From the IMG/VR virus record IMGVR_UViG_3300034101_003746: 20,000 nt of DNA. One strand, given 5' to 3'. Under the pieces are notes generated by a model. It did no database searches. It was not told the origin of the DNA and saw only the letters and a list, made by a program, of their open reading frames with translations. Below, piece after piece: positions 9,848-16,627 of this stretch (position 1 is the first letter of the stretch; each line of letters begins with the position of its first letter). The DNA comes from an uncultured virus (IMG/VR IMGVR_UViG_3300034101_003746). Its lineage: Duplodnaviria > Heunggongvirae > Uroviricota > Caudoviricetes. A program made the translations under genes and the position numbers.

Positions 9848-10879
9848 TTATAAAGACGGTGAATTTGGATTTGTATTTGCGGTCCTATTATATTCTTCAA
9901 GTAGAGTTGAAGCTTGAGATGCGGTTGAACCTGATGAAAAATTTGTTGATGCCGTAGTAGGCACATTCGTATTTGTTAATCTTACTACATATTTCCATTC
10001 ACGCATATGTTTTCTTCTTTCATAAACCCCAGTTGGAGAGCCAGTGTTTCCTTCTATTGTAGTACACATACCTGATGCATCGCTGCCAACTGATATAAGT
10101 CCAACGTGACCTTTACCACTACTCACAGAACCTCTATGACGAGAAACTATATCTCCGGGATATACTACTGTAGGATTTACTATTTTTTGGCAATAATTTT
10201 TTCCAGGGCCATTAGCCCACGTATTAAAGAAATATAATGCGCTAGCTGTTTTAGGACGAACGTTTTCCGGTAAAATTCCAGCCTTATCAACACACCAAGT
10301 TACAAATGCGGCGCACCAATGATTTCCTAAACCTTGCCAACCAACAGAATTCCAATATTCACTTTTACCGGGGTCCCTAACGCCATTTTGACTTCGTGCG
10401 ACTGTAACTAAACGATTTGCAGCATCTCCGCTAAGAGGAGGTATGGATGTTCCTCCATCCATCGTTGAGGTGCTAGCTCCGTTTGCTGACGGATTTTGAG
10501 AGTTATATTGTGAGGTATTGGTAGTTGCAGAATATGCAGTTCCAATCGATTTATTACTTGCATCAGCCGGTATACCTTGACCTGTTAAAGACTCGACTCC
10601 AGGAATAGATCCAATTATTACCGGATCCTGTAAATCGGCATCTCTAAAAAATCCAAAGACCCATGAATCTTTCTGCAAACCTGTAGCGCTTGCACCGACT
10701 CCTCCGTTGCTCGCGCTAGTTAGAGGCATAATCGGCATTGCCCATGGTAAATCAGCATCCTTTAATTCAGTGTCTTCTCCAACCTCATGATACTCATAGC
10801 ATCTGACCCGCACTCGTCCTGCATTTAGTGGATCTGAAATATCAACAACTATTCCAGTAAACCAATTAGTTATTTTCAT
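9848..10879 (-). CDS. gp5: Baseplate central spike gp5 N-terminal half: OB-fold plus CHAP-type peptidoglycan amidase/peptidase
   Basis: WFTGIVVDISDPLNAGRVRVRC...DLPWA...WVFGFFRD...QDPVIIGSIPG is the gp5 OB-fold. WCAAFVTW (Cys189), PGDIV, GHVG (His258) and IEGNT (Glu276) are CHAP motifs. Confidence 0.9.
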   Translation of the reverse strand: MKITNWFTGIVVDISDPLNAGRVRVRCYEYHEVGEDTELKDADLPWAMPIMPLTSASNGGVGASATGLQKDSWVFGFFRDADLQDPVIIGSIPGVESLTGQGIPADASNKSIGTAYSATTNTSQYNSQNPSANGASTSTMDGGTSIPPLSGDAANRLVTVARSQNGVRDPGKSEYWNSVGWQGLGNHWCAAFVTWCVDKAGILPENVRPKTASALYFFNTWANGPGKNYCQKIVNPTVVYPGDIVSRHRGSVSSGKGHVGLISVGSDASGMCTTIEGNTGSPTGVYERRKHMREWKYVVRLTNTNVPTTASTNFSSGSTASQASTLLEEYNRTANTNPNSPSL

Positions 10880-10881
10880 AA

Positions 10882-12327
10882 TTAAAATATTCGTTCTAGT
10901 AGTGTTTCTGATAATTTGCCCTGCGATGAGCTTGTAGTTGTTCCAGATGAAGTTTTACCAACTGCTAAAGTATTTTTTACTAATTTTAATCTATTGATAT
11001 AGATACCATCGATAAATGTGTGCGAAGAAACTGTTATTATATACTCTCCAGACATTGATTCATCAACTGTAGCAGTAGTAGCGTCTCTTATATTTTGTGG
11101 TATAGTTAGATGTATTTTTACTCCAGGATTTAACTGTGGATCTCCATATACAGATATTTCATGATTTGCTTCAGTCATATTTGCTAAAAATGATTTTGCA
11201 AATAACGCGTTTTCTAACAATGCAGCTGTCGTAGAATTTCCTTTAGATCCATCTGTTTTAGCAGTATTTATTTGAATTCCAGATATGCTAGCAGTGGGTA
11301 ATTCGTGCAATTGTTTTGTTTTCTTTCCCTTGGGGGTACTTACCTTATAATAGAGGGATTTCCAACCTGTGTTTGCATTGCTTGAACTTGATATAACCCC
11401 ATCAGTTGCGGTAGAATCATAATCACGTGTATAAAATGCCTTTGCTGCATAGTCAGTAACATTTAAACGACTTGCATAAGCTCCCTGTTTGGCTAAACCA
11501 AGTCTATCTAATTTTAAATTAGATTTCATGGTTAATATTCGTGACATTTCTTGAATATATACATCTTCTGACCCAGGTTCACCCTTTATGAATTGACGAT
11601 AGTAATATCGTTTGTATATATCTGTTTTTGAAATGTATTTCCAAGAATGTAAATATATACTACTACTCTGTTTAGAACTTATCTTGCTATACATAAAAAA
11701 TGGTGAACCATCAGCATCAAATGCTCGTGATCTTAACCATTCTGCCGCCTTTAACGGATTTTGAATTGTTATTACTCCTTCGAATTCGCTTTTGCACTTA
11801 GTATCTCCGCTACTTTCTGATACTACATTGTTTAGATTTAAATCATCGGTAAATATTTTTTTAATATTATCAACTACGTTTCCTTTAATTGCTCTGCATA
11901 TCGTAAATAGGTTACTCGTATACGCAAATTCTGAAATTGCTACAATAGTGTATATTTGAACTGATGGAAAATCCAGTGTTCTTTCAAAGTTTGGATATTC
12001 TTTGACATAAAATATATGTCTTATATTAGTGTTATCATCAGTTTTTTTAATATTAACAACTAGTCGTTCTTGACCAACGATTGGAAATGTTTCAAAAAAT
12101 CTTTCAGTATCGCGTATGGTTGCAGTAAATGTTACAACAGGTGAAAACAATTCTTCAGTGATTGAAAAGGAATCTATTAAATTACGTATATCCTTTGCAG
12201 AACCTCCTTTAGAATTTTGAAGAGTTAATGATATTACTTGAAAATTACCAGGTACGTTATCAACATTATCTACTCCTCCTCTTGGAGTATTTCTTCCAGG
12301 TTCCTTTGCTTTTAATATTTCGGCCAT
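10882..12327 (-). CDS. Baseplate hub protein (gp27/Mu gp44/P2 gpD-like)
   Basis: ITEELFSPVVTFTATIRD...PIVGQE at the N-terminus and ISVYGDPQLNPGVKI...SGEYIITVSSHTF at the C-terminus. Lies between gp53 and gp5. Confidence 0.72.
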   Translation of the reverse strand: MAEILKAKEPGRNTPRGGVDNVDNVPGNFQVISLTLQNSKGGSAKDIRNLIDSFSITEELFSPVVTFTATIRDTERFFETFPIVGQERLVVNIKKTDDNTNIRHIFYVKEYPNFERTLDFPSVQIYTIVAISEFAYTSNLFTICRAIKGNVVDNIKKIFTDDLNLNNVVSESSGDTKCKSEFEGVITIQNPLKAAEWLRSRAFDADGSPFFMYSKISSKQSSSIYLHSWKYISKTDIYKRYYYRQFIKGEPGSEDVYIQEMSRILTMKSNLKLDRLGLAKQGAYASRLNVTDYAAKAFYTRDYDSTATDGVISSSSNANTGWKSLYYKVSTPKGKKTKQLHELPTASISGIQINTAKTDGSKGNSTTAALLENALFAKSFLANMTEANHEISVYGDPQLNPGVKIHLTIPQNIRDATTATVDESMSGEYIITVSSHTFIDGIYINRLKLVKNTLAVGKTSSGTTTSSSQGKLSETLLERIF

Positions 12328-12336
12328 AATTAAATA

Positions 12337-13362
12337 TTATTCATTATTTAGTATTTCGAAATATAGTCTAGAAAAATCAGTAATATAATCCGGTCTAATT
12401 ACTTTTATTTCTTTATTTTTTTCATTTATCGACGTTTCATGCTCATAGAATGTCATGTATGGAGGTTCTACTATTTCATCATCACGTAAGATATCAAAGG
12501 CAGATCGCATTTTATCACTATTCGCATAATAGTATGTGTGCGCTGCATCAGCATAATTTGTCCATCTAAAGGCATTTGATGCAGGAATTAACATTTTTCC
12601 AAAAATGTATTGTTCAATTGTTTGATAGTATTCTAAGTGGTTTTTCCAACCAAAATAATCTACACCGGGATTTTTTATAAAATCATAGATTGTCATCATC
12701 CATTCTTCCTTTAATGCGAGCGAATCATTATAGTCAGAAGCCGTACTATCAGGAAGATCCCATGTCAATGTATATATTTCATTTTTATGTTGTTTAGAAT
12801 CATATACAAAAGAGTCTTTAGCAATTTCATATCTTTCTCCATTGTATATTCCATGTATATCATAAACAACAAGTTGGTGTCGATCAGAATCAAATCCTGC
12901 AATACTAGCAGTTTTGTAATTAGAATTTCCAAATGTTGCCAACTTTAAATATTTTAAATATTTTTTGTCAAACGGTATAATAGATAAATCTAAAATATTA
13001 TTTCCATTTATATTTGATGTTGGAGTAAATGATATGCATGAATATTTTGCATAATTTTTATCGATATATTTAGTAAAATCTCGATATGATAATGGCCAAC
13101 TGGAATTCAAACCAGTTCTAAGATTTTCGTTTATGACAAAAAACGTCCAATAATATTTTGATGTACCATATAACTTGTTAGAAATTACATCAGGCCTATC
13201 TCCATCAAATATGGTATAGTATGTGTAATTGTGTACGCTATCAGGAAGCAATAGATCATTCAGCGCGACTGCCCGACAAATATCGGTAAGTTCGATTGAT
13301 GAATTATTTCCATACAAATCATATCTGATTTTTGGATATTTACTAAAAAATTCTATATTCAT
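12337..13362 (-). CDS. gp53: Baseplate wedge subunit gp53 (LysM-like)
   Basis: FFSKYPKIRYD...YTIFDGDRPDVISNKLYGTSKYYWTFFVIN...WPLS, with C-terminal HETSINEKNKEIKVIRPDYI. Confidence 0.9.
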   Translation of the reverse strand: MNIEFFSKYPKIRYDLYGNNSSIELTDICRAVALNDLLLPDSVHNYTYYTIFDGDRPDVISNKLYGTSKYYWTFFVINENLRTGLNSSWPLSYRDFTKYIDKNYAKYSCISFTPTSNINGNNILDLSIIPFDKKYLKYLKLATFGNSNYKTASIAGFDSDRHQLVVYDIHGIYNGERYEIAKDSFVYDSKQHKNEIYTLTWDLPDSTASDYNDSLALKEEWMMTIYDFIKNPGVDYFGWKNHLEYYQTIEQYIFGKMLIPASNAFRWTNYADAAHTYYYANSDKMRSAFDILRDDEIVEPPYMTFYEHETSINEKNKEIKVIRPDYITDFSRLYFEILNNE

Positions 13363-13363
13363 A

Positions 13364-14113
13364 TTATAAATTTTCTACATCCTGTTTTGTTAATGCACGA
13401 GTTTCGGAAAACGATAAATTTATAGTAGTGTCTAATGGGGCGCCATCTGTTCTCCATATATTTCCACCTGTATTATATGAAGATGAAAATTGTGTCATAT
13501 AACAGGTTTCGAATATTTTTGGTAGATAAGTTAAATCACCTGTGCCATTAGGACTTGTTACTATTTGTATTTTCCATTTTGGTGGATATTTTAATTGATA
13601 ATCATTGCCAGTTGGATATAAACCGAGTCTAAAAGCGCGGACAATAGTTTTTATTTTGTCTGCTTCTGAAGTATTTTTAGGTATCAATTGAAATTGAAAT
13701 GTATATGCTCTTGTGCCAACTGCAGTAAATTCAGAAGTTATGTTTTTATTTAATGTAGTTCCTGTTCCAATACTAATTGCGCTCTTTATATCTTCACCAA
13801 CTGGCAATGCTGCAGATGCTGCTTGTATAATACCGCCCATATCTTTTGGTATATTTTTTAACGCGTTTAATCCTGCTCCAAATAAAGATCCTATACCACC
13901 ACCGCCGCCAGTTACGGCACTAGCAGCATTACTCATTTGTTTACCAGTAAATCCTAATTCTGTATCATTGTATGTTGCGCTATCACTAAATTGTAAAGAC
14001 TCTGGTGCAGGCAAATAAATAATAGCACCAGAGTCTTCCAAACATTCGAACCGTATCATAGGTCTTGTTTGATTACTTTTTAACTCTTGCGGAAATACAT
14101 GGGTTGACGACAT
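13364..14113 (-). CDS. gp48: Baseplate tail tube cap gp48
   Basis: IYLPAPESL...FTAVGTRAYTFQFQLIPKNTSEADKIKTIVRAFR...YPPKW...DGAPLDTTINLSFSETRALTK. Start moved to ATG 14113, which removes the overlap with gp4 and places it 5 nt after TATAAATA. Confidence 0.85.
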   Translation of the reverse strand: MSSTHVFPQELKSNQTRPMIRFECLEDSGAIIYLPAPESLQFSDSATYNDTELGFTGKQMSNAASAVTGGGGGIGSLFGAGLNALKNIPKDMGGIIQAASAALPVGEDIKSAISIGTGTTLNKNITSEFTAVGTRAYTFQFQLIPKNTSEADKIKTIVRAFRLGLYPTGNDYQLKYPPKWKIQIVTSPNGTGDLTYLPKIFETCYMTQFSSSYNTGGNIWRTDGAPLDTTINLSFSETRALTKQDVENL

Positions 14114-14118
14114 ATTAC

Positions 14119-14126
14119 TATTTATA
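14119..14126 (-). promoter_or_regulatory. T4-type late promoter TATAAATA driving the gp48-gp53-hub-gp5 operon
   Basis: Exact consensus, followed by GTAAT and the ATG at 14113. Overlaps the first base of the divergent gp4 ATG. Confidence 0.85.
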
Positions 14127-14581
14127 TGAAAAAAGGACATTATTATAGCGGCAAATATCGTGTAGTAAACAAGGAAAAATACGAAGGAGACTATAACTCA
14201 GTGTCGTATCGTTCACTCTGGGAACGTCAAGTTTTTAAATGGTGTGATGACAATCCAAACGTTAAAAGATGGAGCAGCGAAGAAACTGTGATAGGCTATC
14301 GCTGTAAAACTGACAACAAGATTCATCGCTATTTTGTCGATTTAAAGATACAATTTGCCACAGGACAGACATATCTTATAGAAATAAAACCAAAAAAGCA
14401 GACCGAAACTCCAAAAGTGCGTACGAGAAAAACGCGAGCATACATCACTGAGGTACTAACCTATGCTAAAAATCAGTCAAAATGGGAAGCAGCATCTGAA
14501 TATTGTGCTGACCGCAGTTGGATTTTTGAAGTATGGACAGAAGATACCATAAAGGCGCTTGGCATAAAACTGTTGACATAA
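14126..14581 (+). CDS. gp4: Head completion protein gp4 (TnsA-like endonuclease fold)
   Basis: YSGKY...KYEGD...YRSLWE...WCDDNPNVKRWSSEE...HRYFVD...IEIKPKKQT...NQSKWEAA. Confidence 0.95.
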   Translation: MKKGHYYSGKYRVVNKEKYEGDYNSVSYRSLWERQVFKWCDDNPNVKRWSSEETVIGYRCKTDNKIHRYFVDLKIQFATGQTYLIEIKPKKQTETPKVRTRKTRAYITEVLTYAKNQSKWEAASEYCADRSWIFEVWTEDTIKALGIKLLT

Positions 14582-14587
14582 AAACCT

Positions 14588-14595
14588 TATAAATA
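14588..14595 (+). promoter_or_regulatory. T4-type late promoter TATAAATA
   Basis: Exact consensus, followed by GACAT and the gp2 ATG at 14601. Confidence 0.85.
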
Positions 14596-14600
14596 GACAT

Positions 14601-15185
14601 ATGCCATCTTTATTTTCTAAAATTCAATCTGACACTGAGCGAGCTGGAATATTGCCTCGTACAAAGGCCTCAAAAGATTGGTTTATACGAAAAATTAAAG
14701 GCATGACGCAGATATTATCATCTAAAATCTTAAATGATAATTCTTTAGAAGTTCGTAATAAGCCTCTAATAGGGCGGGTTTTCATGTTTCTTTATGATCC
14801 GAAGGGCAAAGAGACATTGCCATATTATGATCGGTTTCCACTTATAATCATGGTTGGACCAGCAAAAAAAGGATTCTATGGGCTAAATTTACATTATTTA
14901 CCTCCTCGTCAACGAGCAATATTTTTTGATCGTCTAATGGACTATACTAACAACAAAAAATATGATCAGACTACTCGATTTCGTTTAACGTATGACATGT
15001 TAAATAGCAGCGCAAAATTACGAGCATTTGCACCATGTTTTAAACATTATTTGTATGATCATATTGTTTCAAAAACCGTAGAGGTACTTCCACCAGAATG
15101 GGAAATTGCTCTATTTCTACCATCAGATAGTTTCGTAAATGAAACTAATTTATCAATCTGGCAAAAAACTCGTTCTCTAATTTAA
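14601..15185 (+). CDS. gp2: DNA end protector protein gp2
   Basis: YDPKGKETLPYYDRFPLI...GFYGLNLHYLPP...PCFKHYL...WEIALFLP. Confidence 0.95.
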   Translation: MPSLFSKIQSDTERAGILPRTKASKDWFIRKIKGMTQILSSKILNDNSLEVRNKPLIGRVFMFLYDPKGKETLPYYDRFPLIIMVGPAKKGFYGLNLHYLPPRQRAIFFDRLMDYTNNKKYDQTTRFRLTYDMLNSSAKLRAFAPCFKHYLYDHIVSKTVEVLPPEWEIALFLPSDSFVNETNLSIWQKTRSLI

Positions 15186-15188
15186 TAT

Positions 15189-15722
15189 ATGTCATCTATA
15201 ACTGATTTTAAAGCTGCGGTAGTTAGAAATAAAGGTCTGTCTAAGGCAAATAGGTTTAAAGTAATTTTTACTAATATTCCTGGTTGGGATGGAGGTACAA
15301 ATGGATTAGGCGACTTAACAGTATTTTGCAGTAGCGTAAGTATGCCAGGAAAAACAATTGAAACGCTAGACTATAGTTTATATCGTAATAAATATAAAGT
15401 TCCAATTGGTTATATGCATGATGATGTTACTATAACATTTAATCTTTCATCAAATTATTTAGCAAAAGATGCTTTAGATAAATGGCAAAATTATGTAATT
15501 GATGAAAACGACTATTTGTTAAAATATGATGCAGAATATAAAAAAGATATAAACATCTATCAACTAGATGAGTCAAATAAAACAGTCTATTCTGTTAAAT
15601 TAATAAATGCATATCCAGTAACAGTTCAAGCAGTAGATCTTTCAGATGACTCATCAGACACGATTTCTACAGTCTCTGCAGTATTTTCATTTGATAAAAT
15701 AGAAATAACAAAAAATAACTAA
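15189..15722 (+). CDS. gp54: Tail tube family protein (gp54 tube initiator/gp19-like)
   Basis: GLSKANRFKV...CSSVSMPGK...DVTITF...INIYQLD...YSVKLINAYP. Located between gp2 and gp26. Confidence 0.75.
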   Translation: MSSITDFKAAVVRNKGLSKANRFKVIFTNIPGWDGGTNGLGDLTVFCSSVSMPGKTIETLDYSLYRNKYKVPIGYMHDDVTITFNLSSNYLAKDALDKWQNYVIDENDYLLKYDAEYKKDINIYQLDESNKTVYSVKLINAYPVTVQAVDLSDDSSDTISTVSAVFSFDKIEITKNN

Positions 15723-15736
15723 ATATATAATATATT

Positions 15737-16450
15737 ATGCCATTACCAATACTAGAATCGCCAAAATATATACTCACTGTCCCATCGACAAATAAAAACA
15801 TTGAGTATCGTCCATTTCTTGTAAAAGAAGAAAAAATACTCCTTATCGCGCAAGAAACTGGAGATGAAAACGCAATTACAAATGCAATTAAGGAAATTAT
15901 CAAGGCTTGTACATTTAATGTACTTGAACCAGATGAATTAACTTCATTCGATTTAGAATATATTTTCTTAAAATTGCGCGCAAAGAGCGTAGGTGAAATA
16001 AGTGAAGTGCGCTGTAAATGCGATAAATGCGAAGCTCTAAATACAGTTTCAATTAATATTGATGAAATTAAAGTTACTTGGCCAAAAACAAAGATTAAAG
16101 ATAATACAATTATGCTAACTGATACGGTTGGTGTTACTATGCATTATGTTAAAGTAAAGGATATTAATTCTACTTCTAGCAGCAATAAATCACAAACTGA
16201 AACAATCATTGATACTATAATTGCAATGATTGATACAATTTTTGATCAAAGCGGAATTTATAAAAAGGAAGATTCTACAAAAGAAGAATTATTGACATTT
16301 ATCAATTCGCTAAACAGATCTCAAATGGAAAAAATTGAAAAGTTTATAATTGATTCTCCAAAATTAACTCATGATGTAAAATTTAAATGCGATAAATGTA
16401 AACATGATAATAATTTAACACTATCTGGAACTCAATCTTTTTTCGAATAG
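15737..16450 (+). CDS. gp26: Baseplate hub assembly chaperone gp26-like
   Basis: MPLP...YRPFLVKEEKILL...FDLEYIFLKLRAKSVGE, two CxxC pairs, and a terminal LSGTQSFF. Confidence 0.9.
   Translation: MPLPILESPKYILTVPSTNKNIEYRPFLVKEEKILLIAQETGDENAITNAIKEIIKACTFNVLEPDELTSFDLEYIFLKLRAKSVGEISEVRCKCDKCEALNTVSINIDEIKVTWPKTKIKDNTIMLTDTVGVTMHYVKVKDINSTSSSNKSQTETIIDTIIAMIDTIFDQSGIYKKEDSTKEELLTFINSLNRSQMEKIEKFIIDSPKLTHDVKFKCDKCKHDNNLTLSGTQSFFE
16438..16444 (+). other. Candidate -1 ribosomal frameshift heptamer T TTT TTC
   Basis: X XXY YYZ pattern in the gp26 frame, one codon before the stop. A -1 shift enters the gp51-like frame. Confidence 0.6.
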
Positions 16451-16620
16451 CCCTCTCGCATGATTCGTTGGTTAATTTATACGAAACGAATTTTGCAATG
16501 ATGCAACATCACAAATATAGTTTAACTGAATTAGAACATATGATTCCATGGGAGAGGGAAATATATCTTGCACTTTTATTAAACTATTTAAGAGAAGAAG
16601 AAGCAAAATCTAAAAAATAA
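16444..16620 (+). CDS. gp51: gp51-like baseplate hub assembly protein (absent from the ORF track; possibly a frameshift extension of gp26)
   Basis: The -1 frame reads RIALSHDSLVNLYETNFAMMQHHKYSLTELEHMIPWEREIYLALLLNYLREEEAKSKK*. MQHHKYSL...MIPWEREIY is the gp51 signature. Possible independent starts are TTG 16468 and ATG 16498. Confidence 0.85.
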   Translation, partial: RIALSHDSLVNLYETNFAMMQHHKYSLTELEHMIPWEREIYLALLLNYLREEEAKSKK

Positions 16621-16627
16621 ATTATCG

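Noticed and set aside
9826..9966. 47-aa N-terminal extension of gp5C in the ORF track, or a programmed +1 shift fusing gp5N to gp5C
   Set aside because: The extension overlaps gp5N and looks non-coding. I see no convincing shift site, and ATG 9825 has a typical start context. A fusion is not formally excluded without reads.
14114..14140. Longer gp48 start at 14140
   Set aside because: It would overlap gp4 head-to-head and contain its own promoter; ATG 14113 fits the TATAAATA-N5 pattern.
14126..14581. TnsA-like nuclease as evidence of a transposon or homing endonuclease
   Set aside because: Sequence and position next to gp2 match the core T4 head-completion protein gp4.
1413..15903. Short ORFs 1413-1634, 2590-2781, 13713-14018 and 15667-15903
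   Set aside because: Antisense to well-supported structural genes.
16015..16398. 15-nt repeat TAAATGCGATAAATG occurring twice in gp26
   Set aside because: Explained by two KCDKC zinc-knuckle motifs under AT-biased codon usage.
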